Assembly: GCA_013239625.1 (NCBI GenBank)
Contig: MU056216.1
Location: 5,686,644 to 5,750,643, forward strand
Source of the DNA: Lama guanicoe
Taxonomy: Eukaryota
Length of the DNA stretch: 64,000 nt
Direction: 5' to 3'
Below the pieces are notes generated by a model. It had not been told where the DNA came from. It ran no database searches and saw only the letters and a list, made by a program, of their open reading frames with translations. The position numbers and the translations under genes were made by a program. Positions 25,273 through 37,472 of this stretch are shown piece after piece. The stretch's first letter is position 1. Each line of letters opens with the position of its first letter.

Positions 25273-26434
25273 ATAGATGGGCACGTGGGGTTCACTGGAG
25301 ACTGCCAGTAACTGCGCTGCCATGGGAAGAGGCGGAGAGAAAGTCCAGGTACTAGATTATTCCTCTAGACTTGAGTAAACTATCGTCAAAGTCAGAGACT
25401 GGAGCAGGCAGGTAGTTCAAATCTCCCCTGAGGTAGCTCTCAGGACAAAAGGGACCAATAAGTGAGTCCTGTGGATGACAGAAGAGAAATTATGGCTCCT
25501 TATCATGGTCTCTGACTGTAATGGATGTTTGTGTTGAATTATTTAAGAAAAATAAAAGCACTATGTTCCCTTAATCCAGAGCCCTTGCAAATGACCTGCT
25601 GGCTTATCCTCACGCCTCAGATCTTATTTTGCATTTTGACTGCCTGAAGCTCATAGTTTCCTCCAAGTAGGGAAGAATTCAAGCCAGAGGCACTCCTGAT
25701 GGAGTCAGGTCAGAACAGTGCAATCTTTAGCCAAGATTTATGCATGTATGTCTAAATGCAATCTTTATTATGCATGTGGTGGGCAAAATTAGTATGCATG
25801 CAGTGGTTACAAATTAATTAGAAAGTCTTTCTTGCATATCTTATCGCTGCTCTAGGCCTGAGGGAGGCTCAAAAGTATAAAATCGTGTTCCCCTCAAAGG
25901 GTAGCCATCAGATAAAACAACTGGTAGATAATAAGGAGCAAAATTTTGTGGTATTGATTACAACATTTCTCTAAATTCAGAGAAGAGGGGATAAGAAGGA
26001 TTGGCATAATGAATGAAAGCTTGATTTTTACTTTGATTTTGACCCTGAAGAGAGTGTGACATTTACAAGAAAGGATGGTGGAGGAAATTAGAAGAAGAGA
26101 AAAAAACTACGAAAGCAGAAGAGGACATGGAGTGTTTCTGCACAAGAGTTCAACCTGATTAGAAAGAAAAAAATATGAAAATATGTATAGAATTGTTTGG
26201 GTTCTCAAATACAAGGTGAACAAAAATTGAGTGGTAACTGGAGAAAGTAGAGTCTCCAAAACTTTTTTTTAATAAATAAAATTTAGAAAAGAAAAAATGG
26301 AGTCTCATTGGTCATTTTTTTAAAACAAAGAAGTGACATGACGTGAGTAATACTTGAGGAGGGTTTTTCTGTCAGAATTAAGCTGAGTGGTTCAAAGATA
26401 AAGCAACAGATCAAGAACAACAGGTGTAAAGCAG

Positions 26435-27280
26435 ATTAACTTCCTGGGACTTCTGTAACAAAGGCCCACACATGGGGTGTTGTTAAACACCACTTGTTAA
26501 TTGTCTCACAGCGCTGTAAGCTGCAAGTCCAAAGTCAAGGTGTTGGCGGAGTTGCTTCCCTCTGCAGCCTCGGAGGGAGAATCTGATCAAGGACTCTCTC
26601 CAAGCTCAGACAGTTATCGGCAATCCTGGGCATTTGCGGGCTTGCAGACACATCTCTCCAGTCTCTGCCTCCATGGACGCACGGTATTCTCTTCCTGTCT
26701 GTGTCTGTATCCAAATTTCCCTCTTCTTATAAGGTCACCAGTCACTGGGGCTTAGAGCCCACCCTGACCTACTAGGATCTCATTTTAACTTGATCACATC
26801 TGTAACGATCCTATTTCCAAATAAGGTCACATTCAAGGTACCGGGGGTTAGGACTTGGACATATGTATTTGGGGGACACAACTAAATCCACGGCATGAGT
26901 ACCTGGGACTACCAAGCAGGTGCTATGGACTGAGTTCTGTCCCCCTCGTTTTCACATATTGTAGCCCTAACCCCCAAGATAATGGTATTTGGAAACAGGG
27001 AGTNNNNNNNNNNNNNNNNNNNNNNNNNNNNNNNNNNNNNNNNNNNNNNNNNNNNNNNNNNNNNNNNNNNNNNNNNNNNNNNNNNNNNNNNNNNNNNNNN
27101 NNNNNNNNNNNNNNNNNNNNNNNNNNNNNNNNNNNNNNNNNNNNNNNNNNNNNNNNNNNNNNNNNNNNNNNNNNCAGGGCTCCTTGACCTTGGACTTCCC
27201 AGCCTCCAGGACTACAAGAAATAAATTCCTATTTAAGCCACCCAGTCTATGGTATTTTGTTCTGGCAGCCTGAGCTCATA
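26435..27280. mobile_element. Two MaLR LTRs (MLT1, minus strand about 26435-26895; MLT1A-like, plus strand about 26920-27280 spanning a gap)
   Basis: aagtccaaagtcaaggtgttggc...ctatttccaaataaggtcacatt; tgctatggactgag...ggacttcccagcctccaggact. Confidence 0.8.
27004..27174. other. Assembly gap
   Basis: Run of N. Confidence 0.99.
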
Positions 27281-27539
27281 AACACAGCCGATGATTTATT
27301 TATTCAGAATTACCAGTGCCCCCTCAAGTGCTAGGAATTGGATGGCATGGACCAGGATGCTGAAGTTCATTCATTAATGCATTTGGGCATCTGTGTATAT
27401 GTATGAATATCTATCCCCTACTTTATTTCCAGAAGGATTTAGACATCTATTTTGATTGTAATAAGAGAAGTGGAAAAGCAAGTAGAATGTGATAATTTAC
27501 TATGTGATAATAATTATAATGTGGAAATAAGAATTACAA

Positions 27540-28150
27540 AACAATACCAGCAACTCCAAGGCAACCAATTTGAAAAAATGTAGAAGAAATAGGTGATTTC
27601 CTGACAAAATATAAAATGCCCAAATTAAATTAAGACATAAAAAATCATGATTAGATAAATTACCATAGAAGAGATTGAAGTGGTGATTAAAGAACTTTCA
27701 TTAAAAAGGTTTCAGAACCCGCTGGCCTCACAGTTGAATTTTATCTAACTATTAAAAAAACCCCAGATGATTCTATCATTTATTAAACTATTTTCAACCC
27801 CAGAAAAACATAGAAAACTCAATGGTTCCTTTCATAAATCCAGCTTAAGTTTAATATCCAAATTTTATAGCAATAGTACATAAAAGAAAGCTATAAACAA
27901 TCATCTGCACTAAATATAGGTGAAAAATTATAACTAAAATATTGGCAAATAAAATCCAACAGTGTAGCAAGGAGATGAATACACTATGACTAAGTAGAGC
28001 ATATTCTAAGAATGCAAGGCTTATTTTTATTATCAGGAAACCTGTCAACCCAATTCAATCCATTAAAACAAAAAGAAAAGGCATATAGATAGATTAATAG
28101 ATGCTAAAAATTTGTTTAATAGAACAGAGCAAGTATTCTTAATTTAAAAA
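27540..28150 (+). mobile_element. Degenerate L1 ORF2 fragment
   Basis: A-rich; gaaaaattataactaaaatattggcaaataaaatccaacag corresponds to the decayed KILNKILANRIQQ motif of L1 ORF2. Confidence 0.7.
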
Positions 28151-29669
28151 AAAAAACCACCCTCTAAGTTATATGGGGATGGGTAAACATTATTTGGGAA
28201 GGACAAACTATAAATACTGCTCTGAGTGGCCAAACACTAACTCAGGAGCCAGTCAGGACTGCCTGATATTATTACTGCTGTAAAGCAACAATATTTTAGA
28301 GAGGAGTCTTGACAGACTTCTGAAATGGCCGCCAAGGATCCCTGCCTCCTGGAATTCACATCCGTTAATTTAATTTCTCTAATTTCTTCACCCACAAGAA
28401 ACTTCAGTTTAGGCTGCACAGTATTTTGGCATTTGACTTTTAATTGTAGCTTACGGTGACTTTGTCCCCAGGCAAGTAGAAGTGTCTGTCCCACTCTCTG
28501 GGTCTTAAACAAGGGCTCTGAGCCCCAGCAAAGGCATGGAGGCGTAAGTCTTCAGGCGAACTGAGCCACGGACCTCACGGAGGCTGTATGCGTAAGGCCA
28601 AGTTCAACCTCTTGTTGGGAGACTTTCTCCAATTTGTTCCTTTTACAGGTTGTGGATTCTGCAAATCTGGCATTGACTGGCATGTGGACAAATCTGACAC
28701 CAAGGGTATATTCATTTCCCTCTATCTCAGGTACCCTTGAGTCCCTGCTCTGGACTTCCACCATCCCAAGTCGTAAGCCCCCAAAACATCATTGTTTCCT
28801 TCTCTAGGGACTGTGGTTTGGCATGTTTTCTAAGTTTGGTGGCTGTGAGATCCTACAAGGTTGTATTTCCTATTTATTCTTTGGACTCTATAAAAAAGTG
28901 AAGGAGATGCAACTTTCGATGTTATCATTTCTGAGGTTCTGAAGAAACTAACAGTTGCTGAATAAGCCCCAACTCTACTGAGATGCGGAGAATTCTATGT
29001 GCTGGACTGAGTGCAGTAAGATATCAGAGGGGACAGTCCTTGGTTTAATTTAACAAGAACTTTGGACTTTAAACTTCTGAGTCCATAGGGCAAGATAATT
29101 TAATTTTTGACTTTATAAAGTCTTTGGACTTCAAACTGCAATGAGATTTAACAAATTCTTCTTGGAAATTTAACATTGAAAGAGGGATTTAGATTAAAAT
29201 CTGGAGTTACCCACGTTGTTACGTGACTCCTCTTTTATAACATATATTTAACTTACTAAATGTTCAGTTCAACACCAGTTCCAATTTGATGTTAATTTTT
29301 TAAATGAAAGTCCTTAATGCGGATTAAAAGTTAGTGCTTTACAGTTTGTAGAACACTTTCATATATTATCTGACTTTCCCCATATTATGGGTGACTCTGA
29401 GTTTATATGAACCACACACATTTACAAAGCTAATTAGCAGTAATCACCCAAGCCTAAATCTTCTAGTTCTAAGTTCAAGGATCTTTCTGCTAATAAAATG
29501 CGGTTGCTTTGTAAAAATTCTTTAACCCTGTTGTTTGATGAGGAGTCAGAAAAAATAGTGAGCTCTAAGTAGACAATATGTTTAATTGCATTTGTGCCTA
29601 AACAGTGAAATAAAGCATTTAAAAATGTAGGAACTGTAATAGACCTAAAACAGTGTGGAATCTTTATTT

Positions 29670-30154
29670 TAATTTTTTAAACTTTTGACCTTTTTCACCC
29701 ATTCCTTCCCCCCACCTCAGTGCCCCCATCCAACTCTGGCAATCATCAATCTGTTCTCTGTATCTATGAGCTTGGTTTTATATATATATATATATATATA
29801 ATATTTATTATATATTTCTCATGTAAGAGATTATATAATTATTATATTTAATGTATTTATTATATATTTCACATTGTTATATATATATTTCACACAAGAG
29901 AGATTATACTTTGTCTTTCTCTTTCTGACTTGTTTCACTTAGGACAATGCCCCCAAGTTCCATCTATGTTCTGCAAATGGCAAGATTTCATTCTTTTTTA
30001 TGGTTAAATAATATTCTATCAGGGGAAAAAAGTTTCTATCACAGTTTATCCATTGATGGACTCTTAGGTTGCTTCTCTATCTTGGCTATTGTAAATAATG
30101 CTACAATGACCATGAGGGTGCATGTATCTTTTCAAGCCAGTGTTTTCATTTTCT
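29670..30154 (-). mobile_element. L1 3' fragment with internal (AT)n expansion
   Basis: ctctggcaatcatcaatctgttctctgtatctatgag...caaatggcaagatttcattcttttt. Confidence 0.85.
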
Positions 30155-30303
30155 NNNNNNNNNNNNNNNNNNNNNNNNNNNNNNNNNNNNNNNNNNNNNN
30201 NNNNNNNNNNNNNNNNNNNNNNNNNNNNNNNNNNNNNNNNNNNNNNNNNNNNNNNNNNNNNNNNNNNNNNNNNNNNNNNNNNNNNNNNNNNNNNNNNNNN
30301 NNN
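30155..30303. other. Assembly gap
   Basis: Run of N. Confidence 0.99.
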
Positions 30304-31949
30304 CACGGACACTTGTTGGCAGTGTGGGATTTTACTGCTGGACCGTTCAGCCTCACTTTGGCTGTTCTAAGGCAAATGAGCATCATTTTCTCAACAGTAT
30401 CGTAAAGTCAGCAAGTGCTGCCTCATTTCTAAATGAGAAAATACTCTGGTCTCTCCTAAACCGTTTTTCTCTTCCTCTCCAAAATCAGAGGGGAAACTGT
30501 AGCTCCCAGAAACCTGCATCTTAACCCCAGAAGATAATTTCTCCTAAGGTGCCAGTGAGAGAGGGCCCCAAATCCTTTGTCAGCTCATATTTACACATTT
30601 TAAACTAGAGCTTTTTGGTCAGCCAGAGTTGATGTAAAGGTACAGAATTCTGCCCAACAAAATTTGGTGGACAGAATCTGTCTTCCCGGGCAGGGCTGTT
30701 CACAGTTTTCATATCATAGTATAGAGGCAACTTTAATATGTTTCCCTGTAGGACCAAGCCTGATCCCAGGAAATGGATCAAATAAAACAAAATAAGAATA
30801 AATTACGCTACCTCGAAGACCTCAAATAAATGACAATTTAACATTAGCACTTTATAGGTGAAATTGCACTGTCTTGTGACACTTAGAGCCCTTATCCTCC
30901 TCAGCCGTAAATTTGGAGGGTGATAAAAGTCATCTGTCCTCTGTTTCGCTAGACTTTTATTTTTAAACCTTGGATCACCCAAAGGTGAATAAAGAAATCT
31001 CTGGGTTTGCAACTGATCTCTTTATTTGAAATGACAAATTCATCCGTTTCCATAAATTATTGTTAATGAAATATGCAACAATGACATTACTATCCCAGCA
31101 TAGTTTAATCATACTTCTCAGCTATTTTATGAATAATTAAATGGGTTTTTAGTAGATTCTTTTTTTACTTAAATATCACGAAATATTATTATCTGTGATA
31201 ATAATCATCTTTCATTAACAGAGGAGGCCAGACATTTTGGTGGCTGTAAATCCTCTGTTTAATTTTATCTTCTCATCACTGTCAAGAAGCTTTGACTAAA
31301 CATCTCTCCACTTCCCACCCTCCTCCCCATCCCATAGTGCACGTCCCTGAGCTCATGCAGACTAGACCATTCCCTTTAGAGCCAATGCTCCCTTTCAAAG
31401 CGCGGACGCTAAGTCACACACTCTGGGCACATCTCCAAATCCATGGGTGTGTTTTCAGACCGTCAGAGTCATTGAAACAATCTGTTTAAAAGAGCAAATG
31501 TGGATTCCATTGCGTTATGTTTAGTTTTTTATGTAGCATTTAGTTACATTTAGTGTTTTCCTGCTGGCTAGCTGAAATAGGTCTCTTATGAAAAAAATGA
31601 GAAAGTACCGCCCGGTTTATCAGTTCAGTGTTTGTTGTATAGAACCAGCCCAGAATACTCTGTTTTATTAAACATCTGAGTCAGAGAAGAAATGAAAAGG
31701 AGCATTTTCAAACAGAGTTCAGCTGACATAACTATACAGTATTTACACTTGTCCTAGTGAATGAATCTAACTTCAACAGGGAAAAGGCAGAGAAGGGGTT
31801 CTGGGTATTCATTCTTAGCGTTCCAGTTAAAGAAAAGTTCTCTCTAACATGTGTCTCTCTGGGCGGGGAAATTTAACTTGGAAATTGCAGGGCAATGATG
31901 GCTTCTGGTCAGACCTTGACCCAATCGTGTAAAGTGGAATGAACCATAC

Positions 31950-32245
31950 CTCTGTCCCCAGAAAGCTGTTTGGAGTCTTCAAAGTGCAAAATGTACTTAT
32001 GAATAAGTAAGGCATTTTACTGCTAAGATCAGCATTGGCAAATTGAGGTTTCTGTGTCTCTGCACCGCCATTGCTGCAGACGTGGATGATGGGGGAAGTG
32101 TGGGAGGCACGTGGACCACACTTGCCTTCCCTCACTGCCCGTGGGCTCAGTTCAGTCCCCTGATAGCATTTTGTGCAGCGTAGTGGCTCAACGAACACCA
32201 CCAGGTACATGCTCTCCACCCTGTCTCCACAGCAACAGACTTCCT
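31950..32245 (-). pseudogene. Pseudo-exon 14: EEVCCCGDRVESMYLVVFVEPLRCTKCYQGTELSPRAVREGKCGPRASHTSPIIHVCSNGGAETQKPQFANADLSSKMPYLFISTFCTLKTPNSFLGTE
   Basis: Acceptor aaatgcag, donor GAG|gtatgg; 296 nt fully open (track ORF 31827..32219); phase 1 to 0. Confidence 0.8.
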
Positions 32246-32332
32246 CTGCATTTTATATTCGTTTTGGCCAGTCAACACTAAATTGACTCTTGATTTTATA
32301 CTACAGCCAATCTTCATTCAACATCCTTTTAC

Positions 32333-32352
32333 CTAATTCCTCTAAATTTTTT
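32333..32352 (-). pseudogene. Candidate micro-exon 13 (20 nt; 21 nt would give EKNLEEL)
   Basis: Strong polypyrimidine acceptor ttctctggtttccacttccctttag, donor TAG|gtaaaa. It starts with an A-run that is one base short for frame preservation. Confidence 0.45.
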
Positions 32353-32664
32353 CTAAAGGGAAGTGGAAACCAGAGAAGACACAAAAGGCATTAAAAATTT
32401 GGCATCAGTGCACGGCAGTAAGCTGTCATGCAACAATTTCCCCAAAGAGAGACCTTAATTTGTATACGTTTGCCTCTTTTTATTTTCAACTACCCCTCCT
32501 GAGGACAGATTTCCAACTCTAATAAATCTGCTGATGTTACAAACTGAACCTTTAAGAACTTGAACATGTTGTTACCCACACATCCAAGAAGAAGAAAAAA
32601 AGACTTCACTGCCTCTAAAAAAAAATCACATTTTCACAGTTTATTTATAAAGTGTTATTTATAC

Positions 32665-33245
32665 CCATTTGTCTCACATGTAATCGTGACTAGCTCTTCA
32701 CTGAAATGTGTTTCAGTTGACTATTAACAACACGAAGGGAAACACACTTTTACAAAGTCCTTCCCAGAAACTTAAACAAATAATATTTTGTAGAAATCTG
32801 TTGATTTGTCTTTTTCAAAAAGTTCAAAATGTATCTCGAATAGAATATACTTTGGGAATCTCGGGTAACCACTTCATTTATACTAGTCCTTTTTTTCAAA
32901 ATTAAAGAGTTTCAGAATTTTCTCTCTGACACTGGCAGGAACATGGTGTTCAGCTGAGAACGATTTTAAGTCCTGAAATCAAGGTGACTTTATCTTACTT
33001 GGAAGTTCCAAACCAACAAAAATTACTTGCATGAAGCAAAGAGTTATCAACATTACTAACTTGGGTACAACCGATTAGTTTTTTGCAAAGTGCCCAATTT
33101 TCAGAAATGGTTTCCTCCCCGCATTTACATAGTTCTTTTTATTTGCAAAGGAAAAGGTGATTACAGTCTGAAGATTCAGCTTCCTGCTCTAGGTCCTCCT
33201 AAGAGTCCAAAGGAATCAGGAATATTTTCTAACTGATACACTCTG
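32665..33245 (-). pseudogene. Pseudo-exon 12, module 2: AECIS*KIFLIPLDS*EDLEQEAESSDCNHLFLCK*KELCKCGEETISENWALCKKLIGCTQVSNVDNSLLHASNFCWFGTSK*DKVTLISGLKIV.../SINEVVTRDSQSIFYSRYILNFLKKTNQQISTKYYLFKFLGRTL*...HVRQM
   Basis: Acceptor cttcttcaaatcatag, donor ATGG|gtataa; 581 nt, one base short of the phase 1-1 length, consistent with the single frameshift seen near an A-run. Confidence 0.7.
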
Positions 33246-34474
33246 CTATGATTTGAAGAAGTTTATCAAAAGGTGTGTTAATTGTAGTTGAAGGGAAAAT
33301 TATGCTGATTCTCAATAGTTGTAAATCATTCAACGGTTTTCATTTTTTGTGTAACTCACATGGAAAAGACAGTTGACGGAGACTGGAGTTGGGATTAATA
33401 CCTCCAAGTCTACTTGAATAGTAAGCCCTGACTTTCAAAGGTCTTACAGATAAAGAGTCATTTCTAAACTGCTTTTCTAATCATCACAGTAAATTAACTG
33501 GTGGGACTCGTGGAAAGCCCTGGGTTACTAAGGAATCCAGACTCTTAGCTGAGGGTCAAGCAAGATACTTTCTGATCACGATATATTTACTGTATGTAAT
33601 AGCCTATTTATGTGACAGTCAGCTTCATTAGAAGATACATTTGTGAAAGGCAAGGGATGCCTTAGTCGCTGTTAGGCACAAGCATTTTGGTAATACTTGT
33701 AAAGAGCAGACGTCCAATACATTTGTTGAATAAATGAATGACTATGCAAAACCAGTGTCCTTATGTATAAAATAAAGATGTCTAATCGGGGGCTCTATAA
33801 AATCTCTTCAGGCTCTATGAATCTTCTAAAAAAAAATTCTAGTTTTTAAAAGGAATCAATGAGTTTCTCTGACAATTTATGATAATTTGGATGGATTCTT
33901 CTTGAGAGACTATTTGGCTTACAGGGAAGCCAAGAACTTACACACTCAGAAAGGAGCCTGTAGAAGAGGAATTCTGCCCACAGGTTCACAGCCCACCAGC
34001 AACCTGTCCCTGACCAGCAGGGTTCCCTGGCAGCTTTGCCCGCCGTGGCGAGGAGAGGATGTCCCTGGGGGCTCTGCCTCCACCAGCAGACAGCGAGGCA
34101 TTGTAGGTAGGGATCTAGATGCCAAAGGCAGAATAAGACAGGACTCCTCCATATTCAGATACACCAAGAAATGGCCCCAAGAACCCTTTCTTCAATTCCC
34201 AACTGTCTCAGCCAGACCAGAGGTACAAGAAAGTTCTGAGAGAGGATTTTGAGAGGAGACTGGTAAAGAGAATTCTTGGGAGAAAACCGGTTGGCTATTC
34301 TGTTCACTGCATCCAGCCTCAAGGCTAGCAATGAGAGCTGTAGGAAAACCTCGTGGAGAGCTCTGAAACCTGTTCTCCGTGGTAGTGACTTCAGAACACG
34401 AAAGCCTGATTCTTGCCTGAGAAAACTAAAATTGACTAGAGACGGTGGTTCACTCCTTGTCACCTGGGGCCCCT

Positions 34475-34775
34475 AGAGGCCGCGAGGCGTGGGGTGGTTA
34501 GTTTTGATTGGCCGGGTAATTTCATATGCTAATGTGTGGGAGGATCGTTCTGTCTGTTTTGGGGAAGGGACAGGGATCTCCCAGAATTGAGCCCCACCCA
34601 CTTTTTGACTTTTTGTAGTCAGCCTAGGAACTGTCATGGGCGCACCATGAGGCTCAAGGTCTACTGGAGCCATCTTGGTTCTAACCAGCTTGTTCTGTCC
34701 TCAATTGCTGTGTCATTCCTTCAATGGCTGTGCCATTCCTTCAGTGGCTGTGCCCTGCCCCCTTCCCTCCTATCC
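34475..34775 (-). mobile_element. ERV LTR fragment, same family as 10167-10819
   Basis: Reverse complement matches 10170-10520 segments (aggctcaaggtcta..gaagcca; taggaactgtcatgg; gtaatttcatatgctaa). Confidence 0.75.
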
Positions 34776-35885
34776 CTTTCATTTACAAGGTTGCATTATG
34801 TTCCTTACGAGAAGAGGAGAAAGCACCTTGAATAGGAGCCCAGTTTTTGGAGTTTGCATTACCAGTTGGAAGTTCTGCGATCCAGCCCACTAACTCTGTG
34901 GGAAAATACTCAGGGGATTACTTGCTAGGGGGTAGCGTTTGCCCCTGGTCTTTTGTGGACAGGCGCTGTGATCCCCAGCTCAGCAATTCCTTCAAGGAAT
35001 TCAAAGAAAAACTTGTTTCCCCACCTGCTGAGCAAGAGGTCAGCCCACAGTCTTCCCCCGCAGGCTCTTCAGGGATTGCCTTACCTGGCTGCAGACAGGC
35101 CCCTCACCCAAGGTCAAACCCGTCCTCTAGGTGGCCCATATCCAATGACAAGTCAATATGGGAGGATGAAAGGTTGACCATTTCAGCCTAACTCAAAACA
35201 ACTCTGATGGGCCCTTTTACCAGCAGAGCTCCCCATGGGGTGATCTTGAGTCAGCTCTGCTTCCCAGAGAGCCCACCTTGTGACAGTGGCTTTTTATCTG
35301 TATCTTTTTTTTTTTTTTCGCTAAGTAGAAGCACAAAGTTTTTTAATGCTATCTTCTAGAAGAAGTAATTAAAATTTAAAAGCCAAATAATCTAACATCA
35401 ATTGTAATTTCCTTTCAGATACATTTTGTGCATGGAATTCTCAATACTTTCAAATTTGCGGGTACACATATGCAGGGTGCCATCCCTATAAAACCGTGGT
35501 TTTGGAACTACTAAATTAGTGTGTGTGTTTTAGGGTAAAACTGTGTACAATTTAATTTGCATAATTAAATTCTGTAAAATACATACTTTAAAATATTTTA
35601 ATTCAAAAGGTATAGTGTCTTGAGCCTCCTGTATCCTGAGCATGGAGCCCACGGGGACAACCCCCACTGCACTACCCTGGAGGCAGCCCTATGTGCCCCC
35701 ACGTAAATCAGTCTCGGGAGCATTTCCATGTACCATTCCATCCCAAATCCAAGTTTCTGTTTGATAAAGAAAAATTAAACATGATTAGTTGTATCATCTT
35801 CCAAAGAGTAAAGCCATAAGGAGACACAAGCATTACAAATTTTATTTGTCTAACCCAAGAAGACGAGCTCAAACAGTGAAATCAC

Positions 35886-36178
35886 CGGCTTTCATCTCCA
35901 TTTCTTTTTGAAAGAGTGTGTGCACACGCTGGCTTCAGAGGCACGGTCAAGTCTTCCATTTAATGAGTCTTAGAAACTGCTCTTGCTTCATCCATTCATT
36001 ATTAACTCATTATGAAACTGTGTTGACCATTGTGTCACAAGACGACACAAGGCAATCCCTTCCCATCTGGCCCCATTAAAAACTTGGTAAACACATTTAT
36101 TAAGACAAACTGGCAGCGGTGAATTGCTCTCTACAGTAATTTGCTCTGATGCCAGTTCTGTTTCAAATCATTGCTCCT
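35886..36178 (-). pseudogene. Pseudo-exon 11: RSNDLKQNWHQSKLL*RAIHRCQFVLINVFTKFLMGPDGKGLPCVVL*HNGQHSFIMS/NEWMKQEQFLRLIKWKT*PCL*SQRVHTLFQKEMEMKA
   Basis: Acceptor ctctctgtcctag (phase 0) and donor G|gtgatt (phase 1, fits exon 12); one frameshift and four stops. Confidence 0.65.
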
Positions 36179-36344
36179 CTAGGACAGAGAGTGTATTACA
36201 CAGACTCGCGTTTGCTCACAGATCATAGAACAGAGCCTTGCATGCAGTACACGACTCAACACGACTTAACTGGATTCAACAAAATTGGTTCAATGGCAAG
36301 ACTTTGAGCCAATGTCCTTTTTTCTTCGTTTGTTTTGTCTTTTT

Positions 36345-36590
36345 AAAATTGAGGTATAATTGACCATATTCGTTTCTGGGGTACAACATAATGATTCAAT
36401 ATTTGTATACAATGTGAAAAGATCACCACAATAAGTCTAATTGTCATCGGTCATTATACATACTTACAGAACGATTTTTTTTCTTGTGATGAAAACCATT
36501 AAGATTTACTCCCTTGGTAAATTTCAAACAGGCAGTGGAGTATTTCTAACTACAGTCACCATGCTGTGCATTACATCTCCGTGACTTATA
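36345..36590 (-). mobile_element. L1 3' end fragment
   Basis: aattgaggtataattgac...gtacaacataatgattcaatatttgtatac...catgctgtgcattacatctcc. Confidence 0.85.
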
Positions 36591-37319
36591 AGTGGACCTG
36601 TCCTGAGAAGTAATTTTATTATGAACTTCCTTCACAATGACTTTACAATTGCCTGTGTGCTGGGAAGTCTGTGTTGATGGAGTACAAAAATATTTCTATG
36701 TCTTCTAATCCTAAGTTCACTAACATTCCAAGCTCATGCCAGCCTCAAGCAAAGAAATGCTGAATTAGCTTCTGATTCTAGCATTTTTATTCACAACACT
36801 GAGAAATAATCAAAGAAGTAAAAAAGGGGATGAACCAGAGCCCAGTATTTTATCTCTCTGAGACTCTTTGGATTACGCATGTCTCTACTATCACTCTTGG
36901 CCCCAGCACCACTGTAAATGAGTATGCATGCTCATCTCTGCCTACACAAATGCATACACACCATTTCTATGTGTTTTGAGAAGCTTCTGTAACATACAGA
37001 GTTCTGCATTCCTATGAGAGTAGTTTGTCTTTGTACATCCATTTGTGGCTATTTGACTTTCTGTGTCTATATGTGTGATGAATAATGAAATACATTGATG
37101 ATTATCTTCCGCTACCAGACTTTACTTTCCTAAAGGGAACACATCATATCCATTTTGCACACTGTTTTTCCCATGCATCTGGCACAACGCCCAGCACATA
37201 GCAGACATTTAGTAAACATTGTGGTCCAGCTCCAGACTTCAGAGTACTCTGCGTTGACACTGTTCTGCTAAGGTTTTTCCATTTCTCGTTTCCCTTCAAA
37301 AAGTGCTTGGATTCCTTAC

Positions 37320-37472
37320 AGACTTTGCAAATGTTCGCCATTCAAGAATGGAGTTGCTACAGTTGTGATTCAGTGACAGTAAACGAAACTTGTTGTCGGC
37401 ATTGCCTTCGTACTTAAAATAGCGAGAGTGATTCACAAGAGGTGATGAAGACATTAACTGGGTACATAACAG
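37320..37472 (-). pseudogene. Pseudo-exon 10: LLCTQLMSSSPLVNHSRYFKYEGNADNKFRLLSLNHNCSNSILEWRTFAKS
   Basis: Acceptor ttccacttttcatag, donor TCT|gtaagg; exactly 153 nt (51 codons), fully open, phase 0 to 0. Confidence 0.8.

Noticed and set aside
30803-31012. Possible extra exon between exons 14 and 15
   Set aside because: No good acceptor/donor pair, and exons 14 and 15 already join in frame.
31950-32245. EVCCCGDRVESMYLVV as a cyclic-nucleotide-binding domain
   Set aside because: Only the GD..MY start matches. The G-x-V strand and FGE...R phosphate-binding cassette are absent, and the context fits the repeated module better.
33887-35290. Cluster of 100-120 aa ORFs
   Set aside because: Overlaps LTR-derived sequence inside a pseudogene intron; no gag, pol or env motifs recognised.
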